From Octopus bimaculoides (taxonomy: Eukaryota), in NCBI RefSeq assembly GCF_001194135.2, contig NC_068986.1, forward strand, positions 56,274,893-56,312,493: a stretch of DNA of 37,601 nt. Reading direction: 5' to 3'. Below are positions 24,701-36,589 of the stretch, piece by piece. The position numbers were made by a program, and so were the translations under genes. Position 1 is the stretch's first letter. Every line of letters starts with the position of its first letter. The notes under the pieces were generated by a model that worked only from the letters and a program-made list of their open reading frames with translations, was not told the DNA's origin and did not search any database.

Positions 24701-25919
24701 CCAAGTTGAGTGACTTTATAGAAATTCTGCTATTGGCTCAACTGCCATCCCCATCAGTTAGTGCCCATTTTTCCATGCTGATTTTATTTGGATGGTTTGA
24801 CAGGAGCTAGAGGACTGCACCAAACTCCAGTACGTATTTTGGTATGGTTTCTTCCACTGGCTTTGTAATGCCAATATTTTACAGCATACTGAGTGCTTTT
24901 TGCATGGCACTGGCACTAATGAGGTCACTGAGTAACTCACAAGACAAGATGACCACTTCTAGCTGAGTGGGGAGTATACTGAAGGTAGTGACTTTATGCC
25001 AGGTGATAAGAGGCTGAAATATGATAGAGGGTACAGCAACAGATGTCTTGTTGTAGAGAGAGATATGGTTACTCCAGTTGAAAAAGAGGATGGTGGTGAA
25101 GATGTGTCAGGTTGCACCCTCAAATTAAAGGAAAGTGAATATAAGTGGCATGGGTGAGAGTGTGAAGAAAGTGTCAGACGAATAGAGAAGAGAATACAGG
25201 GAAATGCAGTTAGTGGTGAACACAATGGAGTGTGTGGTCAATTGTGAATACCAGTTGGAGGGGAAAGGAGGAGGTAATAGGTGGCAGCAAGATGATGTGA
25301 AGTGTGTTAGGGTACATAAGAAGTCAGAGGTACATAAGGATAGAATTAGTGGGAGATGAACAAAGGTTGTTGTGGGGATGGCTGATATTGGCAAAATGAG
25401 AGAGGTACATAGGGGAAAGGCAAGGTGGACAGGGCATTCAGTGGCAAATAAAGTGGTAAGGTATGATATTGAGAATGCACGAGAAAAAGGAAGTGGTTTC
25501 CGGAAGGGTGAGTGATAAGGTGGATGAAATATGTGCAGTCCTACTCTAATAGTAACAGCAGCTGAGTGAATAGAACCATGGTTAGAAGAGTGATGGAAGG
25601 CTAGGTGTTAGGAAGATGAGTTGTTGGGGTGATGTAGCCAACTGTATTATCATTAGTAATGTTTTCATATATGTAACAGAATATCTTAAAATATTCTTTT
25701 AGAATTCTTCTGAAGTAGTGTTTGTGCTAAAATAATGTGTATGTAGAAAAGCAATAAAACCTATTCAAAACATGTCTGATGGTGATGAGATCTATGTTTA
25801 GACCATTGCAGAAGAGCAGTGGCTATTAGATACACTAAATCAGTGTAGACAAGTCTATTTTAGAAGGGATGCAGTCTAAAATGTGTACATGTCTGTACTG
25901 TTGACTTTGTCAAAATATA

Positions 25920-27137
25920 TTAGGGTGTTTAGAATATAATTGCGTTTTACCAGAAAGGATATAAAAACAAATGTAAACTGTGTTTATTTGAATAGTTTTA
26001 ATCAAGAATGTAATCACCATTGTTTTCATTGACTGCAGCCTAATGGGAAAGTAACTGAAAAAATGTCTGAAGGACTGTTTTCAACTTCCTCTCTGTTTCT
26101 GATCTTTTGCCTCTTATAAAATGTTTTAGTGATCGGAACAAATGGAAATCCATAAGTGCTAAGTCAGATGCGTATGAAGGATGTGAAAGAACTTTCCATT
26201 CTAACAATCTTATTTTTTCTTGGGTTTGATTTGAAGAGTGTGGCCATGCATTGTCATGTTGGAGAATAATACCTTTTCTGATTACTAAAGCTGGCTGCTT
26301 TTGACATAATTTTTCATTTACACAGTTAAGTTGTTGGTAATAGACATCTGAATTGATGGTTTTTTTATGTTCCAGTAGCTGTAATGGATGATACTTCTCA
26401 TGTTCCATTAAACACAAAGCAAGGAGTTTTGTGGATAGAGTTTTGGCGTTGGCACTGACCTTTCATTACATGATAACCATTGTCTTTTTCTTTTTCTGTT
26501 ATGATACAAAACCCATTTCTCATCACCTGTAACAATGCTCTGCAGAAATGATAGGTTGTTATCAGTGGTTAGAAGACTGCTGTAGATGGTGGAATGTTGT
26601 GTTCAGTTCTCAAGCATAAGCTCATGTGGAACCCAATTTCTCTCTTTGTATGTTTTCCCAGTTTGCTTCAGATATTTGTAGATAGTTGAACTTGACACAT
26701 AAAATTTTTTATTCCAAATCTCTGGTGCTTTGACATGGATCCAATATAATAAAAGGTCTCATTCAGTGTGGGTTGTCTTCCAGAGCGAGTCTTGTTGGAT
26801 ATGTCACAATTGCCATTTTTAAACCTTTTAAACCACAGCTGACATATACAAGCTTTCACTGCATTCAGATAAACTTCACAAATGTTTTCATTACTTCTGT
26901 AGCAGTACTTTTCTTTCCACACTCATACAGTAAGCAATGGCGAATATGTTGTTTCATAAAGTCCTTATCTTCCATGGGGATGATTACTGAAATAACTATG
27001 AATGACACACTGCCAGATAGAAGAGATGATGTACTATTTCTAGACAGTTCCTGCCCATTTGACCTTGGTGCTGACATGATTGGTTGATTCATATTTCATG
27101 GTGGTGAAAAAACGCAATTACTTTCCAAGCACCCTAA
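25920..27137 (-). mobile_element. Full-length decayed mariner (DD34D, Hsmar1/SETMAR-like) transposon
   Basis: TIRs TTAGGGTG(T/C)TT...AATTGCGTTTT at both ends with flanking TA (25918-19, 27138-39). Transposase remnants include HIRHCLLYE, WFKRFKNG...RSGR, IVTGDEKWVLYHN, ILQHDNAWPH and HPSYASDLALMDFHLFRSL, broken by frameshifts and stops. Confidence 0.95.
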
Positions 27138-27366
27138 TAAATTCACTTCTAACATAGGTCATAACCTTTGAACACATACTCCATTTGAGACCTAACATTC
27201 CAGTCTCTTCCAACAACACAAAGACAAAATCATGCATCAAGAAAGCAATCTTTCTAACTATCACTACTCTTGGAATTAAACACAAAAATCTCAATAATGA
27301 TTGTTCTTGACAACGCTATATACATAACAACTAAAACTGCCTAGAAATATTTAACCCTGATGAGTT

Positions 27367-29731
27367 TGTAGGAGCACTACTTTCCCTTTGGTGGAACTGT
27401 TATCCAACTATGCCTTATTTGGTTGGTTCAGCCAACTGTTGTGCATCTTGCATAGATACACACCACCTGTCATAAGACGTGGGAAGATTTTAGACAGTTC
27501 CTGACAAGTCCTGAAAGAAGCAAGACACATTATCTCTTTGCAATCAGAATTTACCTCCACCATATGGAAAATATATCCAATAGAAGAACACTCTAAAACT
27601 TAACAGTTTATGGACTATTTGAACATTTATCACGTTTCACATTCTTTATATCTTATGCTGTATTTATATATTATGCAATACTGTGTTACAACATTTAATA
27701 TAACGCATGTACATTTGTCTGGATATGTAATTCTATAACCAGGAGCTAAAATATTATGTTCACTTGAGACACTGCTATGCCATATTTCAGAATGCTATCA
27801 CCAATTCCTCCTGTAATAAATAATTTTCACTTTGTTATGCTTTCTGAGAATTGTCTATTATTTTAGTGCTCATCCACTAAAAATTGGTGATTCAAATCAA
27901 CTTTTAGAATTTGTTTTTTTCATCTCCCATTCACAACTGATAGAGTAAACATCCATGGTGTTCTTCCAAATAACTTCCTTTTGAAGTATTGTTATCTCAC
28001 CATGTCAACTGTCAACCTTTTATGTTGCTGAATACAGCTTCAAGCTTAATCCGACATGGTGTCTGTCTTCATCTTTGTTGTTTTTTTTTTCCCATGTATT
28101 TGCCACTCTGAGCATGCGCACTGGATGCGCATGCCAAATGCTGAGAATTCTCCATTACATTCGCCGGTCTAGAATTTTTGATGTGGCTGGACTTGTAGCC
28201 TCAGCCTTCGTACCAGACCACAGAGCTAGCATTACCACTGCCATGGTTGTGCAGCTACTGGCTTCAATGCTATTTTCGAATTGTTCCTGCAACATCTGTA
28301 CAGCAACCAATTTTGTAGCCTCATACAGCAGATTTCAGTCACTATGTGCACCACACAGATAGATGACACTTCAAACAGCTTCTTAACTCGAAATGTGATG
28401 TTTCTTCTCACCAACCATGCATTTCTTAACAACACTCATTGGAACACTTATTCAACAAACTGAACATTTTGCTTGTTTTTTCTTTCATATTTTTCAGCTT
28501 CACCATGAGCTTTTCTGTTCCAGTTTCTTTCTCTTCATTTTGTTGCATTTTTTAATACTTTTAGGTGCATCCATTCTGTAACATGCGTTTTGATGCTCAG
28601 AGTTGCTGTACTCAGCACCTCACCTTGTACACCCAGTCTCCGATGCACAGCTTTCGCTGGTGGGTACTGCATCAGGCTTTGCAATTGGTATTGTTTCACA
28701 GTGCTTCCAGCAGTTACACTTGCATTATTTTTTGCGTGATTCATTCTTCCTGCATTTAAGGCATTCATTCTACAGCTTCTGCAGGTCACACACTGCACCT
28801 GCAGGCCAGCACCTTCAGCCTCTGCAGGACATGCACTGCTCTTGCAGGTTAGAACATTCAGCCACCGCAAACAGCTCATTGCTCTTGCAGGTTTACAACT
28901 CTTTTGCCTCTGCAAGTAGCTCACCGCACTTGCAGGAAAATTCTTGGCACTGCTTATGTCTCAGCAGCCAACATTGCACTCTCATATACTTTGGCTTTCA
29001 CATCCTGTGGGTTCCAGTTTCCTAGACACTTGCTATCACGCTTGCATGTCAGTTTTTGCTTTCTCTGTCTCAAGGAGACCACCTTTCTGAGCAGCAAACC
29101 ATGTAGAACTTCTTTCAGCTTCCTTTTTGTTGTGTTCACATTCCCTTTTTGTCATCTTCTTTTGATATTTGCTCCTTTATGTTGATTGACCTTTTGGTCT
29201 GAGCAGGGAGTCATGTAGGAACACTACTTTTCCTTTGGCAGAATGTTATCCAGCTATGTGAGATTTCATTGGTCTAGCCAATTGTGATGCATCACGCTTA
29301 GATACATGCCACTTGTCATAAGATGTGGGAAGATTTTAGACAGTTGCTGACGAGTCCTGAAAGAAGCAAGACACATTATCTCATTGCTGTTAGAATTCAC
29401 CTCCACCATATGGAAAATATATCTAATGGAAGAACACTCTAAAACTTAACAGGTTATGGAATGTTTGAACATTTATCATGTTCCACATTCTTTATATCTT
29501 GTACCATATTTATGTATTATGCAGTATCGTGTTATGACTTTTTGTATGATGCATACGCATTTGTCTGGATTTGTAATTCTATAACCAGGGGCTCAAATAT
29601 TTCTTATGTTCACCTGAGACTCTGTTATGCCATATTTCAGAATGCTATCACAAATTCCTCCTGTAATAAATCATTTTTATTTTGTTAAGCCTTCTGAGAA
29701 TTGTCTATTATTTTAGTGCTCATCCACTAAA
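27367..29731 (+). mobile_element. Non-autonomous LTR retroelement (Gypsy-like): 5' LTR 27367-27881, 3' LTR 29214-29731
   Basis: ~515-bp direct repeats starting TGTAGG, with AATAAA near their 3' ends. A candidate 4-bp TSD AGTT lies at 27363-66 and 29732-35. PBS-like TGGTG at 27885 and PPT-like GAGCAGGGAG at 29201-10. The LTRs end in ...CCACTAAA rather than canonical CA. The 1.33-kb interior lacks recognisable pol. Confidence 0.85.
28791..28950. repeat. ~4 degenerate tandem units of 43-45 bp inside the LTR element
   Basis: Units start at 28791, 28834, 28877 and 28922, each CAC/CAT-(T/C)GC..(C/T)TGCAGG. Confidence 0.7.
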
Positions 29732-30536
29732 AGTTGCTGGCATTTTACAGAGCTTGTGTTAGACCGACAGCAGAATTTGGTTCCATATCATAGATGGTCT
29801 TTGTATCACCCAAACTCCTTGACTGCATCCAAAAGAAAGCCTCAGTCTAATTGGCTGGTGAAAATTCTCCAACATACTGTTACCTCTGGCCCATGACCAC
29901 CTCCATGCAACACACATTCCTCTCTTTCATTTCATTGGCACTTGTCTTAATCACTTCACTTTGTCCAGAGCATTGACCATCTGCAATTCTGTTCCCATGA
30001 ATGTTTTTTTCTGCAGAGGTTGGCTTAGGAATTAACGTGAATCAATAAAAGCGCTCCTGTCTCAGAGGGCCTGGGAAGATTATGAGCACTATTCATTCCC
30101 ACTAATTAGGTTATATAAAGAAACGATGTCTATGATTCCCAAATGTTTTTCAGTCCACTTCTTATCTTAGAGTCCTTGTTTGAATCTCATGTGGATCCTC
30201 TTTACTTTTCCTCCTTCTGAGATTGATCAAATAAGTACTAAGGGTTAGTATAATTGACTATATGATTAACATCAAACACATTGCTCCAGTATGGTCACAG
30301 CTCAATGGCTGAAACCAGTGCAAAGTTAAACATGTTTGAAGTATCTAATGTTCAGTTATATACTATTGCTGTTTTAATCTTCTTCTTTGGCTTCCTTAGA
30401 AGATTGAGTAGTCCTTGGAGGTGTTTGCTGATGAAATTTGCTGTAGTGGGCTGGAAGCTCATTCCAGGTTCATGACAAAGTAAATTAATCATGCAACATG
30501 TGGCAAGCCAGTGAGGGGGACAATATACAGCTTATA

Positions 30537-32084
30537 CACTACTATCCAAAAGTTTAAGACCACTCACAAAAGTTTGTTTCAAAGTGAAATTTTTAGTTCA
30601 ATGTCATTGATTTAGATAATTTTTTGGTATAAAAATATGGAATTATATATTGCATAAAGTTTGGGGTTTATTTGATATGGAATAACATTATACATATTTT
30701 AGATATGCAAATAATCCTGTTTCTTGACAGCAAGCCTATTTGAGAATGCTGTCAAAAGCATTTTAGCATCCACTTTTTGTCAACATTGCAGTACATTTTG
30801 ATTATTTACACTCCTTATGTACTGTTGGTTGAGATAACATCACTTAATGACTGTGTTAAATGAATTATTGTTTCTTTCAGGTTCAATTCTTAAAAATAAG
30901 TAAAATTAGTGAAATTCCTAAAAATTTCTAAATATGGGCAAAACCAGTAATTTATTACCTGAAAAGAGACAAAGCCTTGTCACATTAAGTTTTTCGAGAT
31001 GTAGCCAAAAAGTTAAAGATTCCTACACTGCTGTCCGCTCCGCCATTGTAAGGTATAATGAAACAGGATAAAATAACAATAAAGCTTGGTCAGATAATTT
31101 AAAAGTAACTTTTAAATCACAGGATAAGCTCATCAGGCACCTGACAGCAAATGAAATCGCTGCACAAGTAAGTGAAGCTGGCAAAGTTAATGTGTCTCCT
31201 GCAACTGTGAGAAGAAGACTCATTGCTGCCGGTCTAAATAGTCATTGTACTATCAGGAAACCACTGCTTCGACCTGTGAATAAATATAAGCGACTCATAG
31301 GCCAGCAAACACCAAACCTGGACTGTTGATCAATAGAAACAAGCCCTCTGGACTGATTAATCAAAGTTTGAAATCTTTGGATCCTAGCGTAGAGTTTATG
31401 TGAGGCAAAGAATTGGTGCACAGATGATTCTTGAGTGCATGGTGGGGGAAGTGTGATGATCTGGTGGTGTCTGCAAGCAAGTGTTTGGGGTATTCATCAG
31501 GTGACAGGAATATTGAACCAAAACAAGTATCACTCTATACTCCAGCATCATGCCATTCCATCTGGGATGAGTCTGATTGGTGATAATTTTGTGCTGATGC
31601 AAGATAATGATCCTAAACATACTTCTAAGCTATGCAAAAACTATTTACTGAAGAAAATGGATGTAAAAAAGTTGACTATAATGGAATGGTCAGCCCAATT
31701 CCCTGATTAATATCCCATCGAAATTGTGTGGGATGAATTGGATCGCAGAGTCAAATAGCGACAACCAAGTAGTGCAGAAACCTTCTGGACATTCTTACAA
31801 GAGGAGTGGCAAAATGTTACCAGTAAATATTTGCTTTCATTGGTCGAAAGTCTGCCCAGAATATGCTCCGCAGCGATCAAGGCCAAAGGGTGGATATTTT
31901 GATGAGTCTAAGATTTAGAGTTTTTCTCTGATTTTGCAGTTTTGTTTAGTTGCTGAGGTAATTATGTTATCCAATGAATGTAGCTATATGTTAAAATATT
32001 TCACTATAATCTCTCAGTTATTTCTGTTTTATAGATGTCTTTTCAAAATAAGTTTAGGTAATCTTAAACTTTTGGATAGTAGTA
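30537..32084 (+). mobile_element. Full-length decayed Tc1 (DD34E) transposon; transposase pseudogene ~30934-31918
   Basis: TIRs (C/T)ACTACTATCCAAAAGTTTAAGA at both ends with flanking TA (30535-36, 32085-86). Remnant motifs include WTD*SKFEIFG, HGGGSVMIW, FVLMQDNDPKHTSK, EWSAQFPD*YPIEIVWDEL and KGGYFDESKI*. Confidence 0.95.
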
Positions 32085-32404
32085 TAGTTGCTCATCTTAA
32101 CATAAATAGCGGTTAACTCTTTCTGAAATTACAGCCTGAAGTCTTGAAAAGGAGGGATAAAGTGAATATTGCTGCTCTATCCAAGATTAACAACACCCCC
32201 AAAAAGAACAAATTAGATAATATCTAAGAAACCCTTTTGATCATAGGTCTGCTTTATGGGATAAAAAATGATATATAAGCTCTATGATGTAAACATACTT
32301 AACTATGTTGTGAAAATGATTTAGATTAATAGTCAAGAATTAGACTAACATGATTTTGAGTACCCCAAGACAGAAATAACCACTAGAGAGGTTGAGAAGC
32401 TTAA

Positions 32405-32622
32405 CCTTTTAGCATTCAGATTATTCTGTCAAATGTAATGTTTATTTATTCACATTATTTTAAATTAATAATGTTATCTTGTAGCTTCAAGATTTCAGTG
32501 ATGTGATTGTTTATTTTTACAATGACATAATAGGTTAGGTATGACAGGCCAGATCGATCCAGTTTAAACATAAAACAGGTAGAATATTTTGGCCAGATAT
32601 GGCTGGTTTAAATGCTAAAGGA
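32405..32622. mobile_element. piggyBac-type MITE
   Basis: TTAA flanks (32401-04, 32623-26) and TIRs CCTTTTAGCATT / AATGCTAAAGGA. Confidence 0.7.
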
Positions 32623-33003
32623 TTAAAATCTGTTGCAACTTTGAGAGTTTTAATTGTGTTGTTCAAGATTAGAGATGGTGATGTAAGAGATTGTTTCATG
32701 AGCAGTGATTGTGTCTTTGTGTTACTCAGTGAGATTAGATTATGTCCCTACTTGACTATGTACTCAAGGGCCCCAATTCATAGAAGCCCCAAAGCCTCCT
32801 CTGCTCTAGTAATTTATTTTTAGACTCATTTTTTTTCCCCAAAATCCAAATTTAAAATTTAGAAGTGGATCTAATTGCTCTATTTTATGATAAAATCAAA
32901 GATTGTTTGCATGCACACAGATATTCTGACAGCATTTCTACTAAAATAGTTTATTTCCTTAACTTGGTACATCTTCTCTCTCTCCCTCTCACTGTTTGCG
33001 TGG

Positions 33004-33053
<50 letters not shown>

Positions 33054-33339
33054 TGTCATTTGATTGCAGCCATGCTGGGGCACTGCCTTGAAGGGCTTTT
33101 TTAGTCAAACAAATCAACTTTAGGACTTAATTTTTTTTTAACGTAGTACTTATTCTGTTGGTTTCTTCTGCTGAACTGCTAGGTTACAGGGACATAAACA
33201 CACCAACACTGGTTGTCAAGCAGTGGTGGTGGGGAACAGACACAAAGACACACACACATATATAGGTGCAGTTCTTGTGAAGTTATTGAGAAGACCCACC
33301 CACATTAGTGAAACTGAGTTCCAGGAGCGCTCTGTAGAA

Positions 33340-34560
33340 AACTTCTCAAACACTCTACCACAACAAACCAAACTACATCTCTACATCCCTTCTCTTCCTC
33401 ACATTTCTGCTTCATGTACTTTGAATACCTCCCATTCCCCAATCTTGTCCTCTTGGCCCAGTGCCACTGTATCATTGCTCTCTGCTTGCCCCCCTCCCCG
33501 ACCTGTGTGTTCTACCCACATGCCTTGTCTCACTCAATTATTGCTATCTGCAAACCCCTGACCTGGGTGTTCCACCCGTAACAAGAAAACTTTTCCCTCA
33601 CCCTACCCCAACAAGCCAATTTACATCACTTCTCTTGCATTTCCTCCTTCATTCACTATGCCTAGCTCTCACTTCCCAATCCTGTCCTCACACCCCTGTT
33701 CCTCTGTATCATTGCTATCCAGTCTCCCCTCCAACACTATATATACCCAGGTCTTTTGCCACTTACTTGCACTCCTTAATTGCACTTCCTTCGCAATATC
33801 CTGTCACTTAAATTATGACATGTGAACCTCAAGGGTATGCCCTGGCACTTTCCACTATGTATATCTCTCTCTTCTTTTACTCAACCATCTCATTTATACT
33901 CTGATCCCCGTTCCATGTGAGCATGCCTGGCATTTTGCCACCATCTCCATCTCCCACTCTCTCTCTCTCTTCTCTTGCACTTCCCTCAGGTTGAGCAACT
34001 ATTCTTTGCAATAGCACACCTGTTTCTGTCTTCATTCCTGGTCTTTCCCTCTCTGGCTGGGTAATCTTGTACTTCCTCTTCGGTAAGACACCTGTATCTG
34101 TCTAACTATAACCTTTTCACCATCGCCTCCTCCAATGCCCCCTTCCCTTTTAAAAGTTTTTGTCTTGCACGTACTTGGTGACTCTGTCTGTGTAGGTGCC
34201 ACTTAAAAACACCCAGTCCACACTGTAAATTGTTTGGCATTTGAAAGGGCATCCAGCTGTAAAAAACCTTGTCAAAACTGACCTTGCCTGTCCTTGTGCC
34301 ACATAAAATGCACTACTTACCTGGCCTGTGCTTGTGCCACATAAAAAGCACCAAGTCCACTCTGCTGAGTGGTTGGTGTTAGGAAGGGCATCCAGCTGTA
34401 AAAATCCTGCCAAAANNNNNNNNNNGTGTTAGGAAGGGCATCCAGCTGTAAAAATCCTGCCAAAACAGTCCCAGAAGTCTGGTGCAGGCTTTGGCCTGGC
34501 TGGCTCTTGTAGTACCGTCCCACCCATGCTAGCATGAAACATGAATGTTACATGATGATG
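33340..34560 (+). mobile_element. Long decayed retroposon-like repeat with pyrimidine-rich body and (GAT)n tail
   Basis: Its 3' part matches the 1947-2110 family and ends CATGATGATG. The pyrimidine-rich body resembles the purine-rich tracts at ~22860-23200 and ~24960-25640 read in the opposite orientation. Boundaries are approximate. Confidence 0.5.
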
Positions 34561-34602
34561 TTATCTATCTATCTATCTATCTATCTAGCTAGCTATCTAT
34601 CT

Positions 34603-34766
34603 GACGTACTTTTTTCAGTTTCCATCTACTAAGTCCACTCACAAGGCTTTGGTTGGCCTGAGGCTATAGTAGAAAGCACTTGCCCAAAGTGCCATGCAGT
34701 GGGACTGAACCCTGAAGCATATGATTGGGAAACAAGCTTCTAATCACACAGCACTCCTGCGCCTAC
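34603..34766 (-). mobile_element. tRNA-derived SINE (5' half), CpG-decayed
   Basis: Minus strand reads GTAGGCGCAGGAGTGCTGTGTG...GGGTTCAGTCCCACTGCATGGCACTTTGGGCAAGTG...CAAAGCCTTGTGAGTGGA. Flanked by (ATCT)n and (CA)n. Confidence 0.7.
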
Positions 34767-34776
34767 ACACACACAC

Positions 34777-34823
<47 letters not shown>

Positions 34824-35136
34824 NNNNNNNNNNNNNNNNNNNNNNNNNNNNNNNNNNNNNNNNNNNNNNNNNNNNNNNNNNNNNNNNNNNNNNNNNNNNN
34901 NNNNNNNNNNNNNNNNNNNNNNNNNNNNNNNNNNNNNNNNAATCATAAATATATAGGGATTGACAGTAACCTGCTTCTCCAACATACTGAGAATTCAGAA
35001 ATAGCAGCCAAAGAACTACTGATTCCAAAACTACAAATTATTACTCTAAATTTCTCTAAAGGTTTTTTCATACTGAGCTACCCGGCAAAATTGTTAATTA
35101 TTAATTTTATTACTAATTGACGATTCCCTGCCCTGC

Positions 35137-35167
<31 letters not shown>

Positions 35168-35252
35168 TAGTTTGATAGTTCTTGTCTTGATAATGATCCC
35201 ACTACCTCTACTCTTCACAAGCTTTGTGCATGTATTATTGCTTTTCTACATA

Positions 35253-35475
35253 CAGTAATCCCTCACCATACCACAGTTCACCTATTACGGTTTATTATTT
35301 AAGCTTACATCAATTCCTCCATGGTGTTGTTTTGCATCTATAATAAAATAAAAATATACAAATTATAAAAATAATTTTTAAAAATATACAGTACAGTACT
35401 GTTTCTACTTCGTGGATTTTCACCTATTGCAGGGGGTTTTGGAACATAACACCCACATTAGTCAAGGGATTATTG
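35253..35475. mobile_element. Tigger/pogo-like MITE
   Basis: TA|CAGTAATCCCT ... AGGGATTATTG|TA: inverted termini with TA duplication. Confidence 0.7.
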
Positions 35476-36531
35476 TATACTCTAATTTAGCACATCTATA
35501 CTACTTCAGAAAGATTATCTCAAGACACCTATGCTTTATGTGTGATATGATGGAGACTGACTTGAGTAATTTTTTATGCAGATTGAGTGGTAGCATAGAC
35601 TTCCATTAACTCCTGCTATAGATACCCAAAGATGCATCTTCCTTTTGAGTTACAAATAACAGTTTATCTAGCATTATGAGGAAAACACCTACCACCAAAT
35701 TAATTCTGGGGTTGTTTGAAAAGAGAAAGTCGATGTTCCCTCCAAGCCTAAATGAGGGAACAACTAACTGCTCTACTGCGCCCAATGGTAGTCAAGTTGA
35801 CTCAAGGTGTTGATAACAATTTCCAATTCCCATGTGGCAGACTTGAACCCTATTTGAAGATAATACAAAACAAAATAAAACAAAACTTACCTCATCCATT
35901 TTACATCTTCACAATTTAAAATTACACTTAACAATTCTAGAACCTCTGCTCTTACTTCAGTCCTTCATTCCCTATAGAACACAGGTCATTGAATGGCTTT
36001 TCTCCATTGTTTTTACATCTTCAAAGTAAGGATTTCTTCTAGATCTTGTTGGTTTTGAATTGTCACTGATGCTTTTGTGACTTTACTTTTTCTTTAGGTA
36101 GGGGTGTTGGTGCTATGCAAGCTCATCTTACTTCTGGGATGAGGTGGTCCATATTAGTCTGGCTTCTGTCCTTTGCCAGTTCAGCATGGGAAGCCCTACC
36201 ATCAGCTTGAACTCTGCTGGTCTAGCTCTGAGGGTCACTGCAGCTCACAAGCCATCTCACCATAACAAAGACTGGACCTTACTCGTTACAGTTTGTAGGA
36301 AATCTAATATAATTTTTTATGATTACATCTTATTTAGATGACGGGGTAGCAAAAAACAATCCTGCAGAGACTTAACAGCTATTCATGACACTCCTTTGGA
36401 TAGATGAAATAAGTACCAACATTTTATGGAGATGATTTCATTGACTAAACTCGATTCCCACTTCAAATTTGTGATGTTGTACCAACATGAAATCTTAATT
36501 ATTTTTTTGTTTTCCTTTTCAGTGACTAACA

Positions 36532-36589
36532 ATGTCACGCTATCAAGAACTTGAAGGATTATTCCTGCTGAAGGATACTATTGGCTCTG
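36532..36589 (+). CDS. MELK: First coding exon of a MELK-like (maternal embryonic leucine zipper) Ser/Thr kinase; exon 36523-36589
   Basis: Strong acceptor TTTTCCTTTTCAG| at 36522, ATG at 36532, and donor G|GTAAGA at 36589/36590. Translates as MSRYQELEGLFLLKDTIGS-G(phase 1), matching the recalled human MELK N-terminus [26 protein letters not shown], which leads into the kinase glycine-rich loop. The rest of the gene lies outside the window. Confidence 0.75.

Noticed and set aside
34230-34470. Triplicated GAAGGGCATCCAGCTGTAAAAA motif resembling a repeat-spacer array
   Set aside because: These are internal duplications of a SINE-like core. Two copies straddle a 10-N gap and are probably an assembly overlap. 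There are no unique spacers, and the context is eukaryotic, so this is not CRISPR.
35891-35990. Minus-strand exon-like stretch (…VRAEVLELLSVILNCEDVKWM|GTAAGT)
   Set aside because: All frames are closed by stops between the plausible acceptor and the donor, no homology is recognised, and it adjoins retroelement debris.
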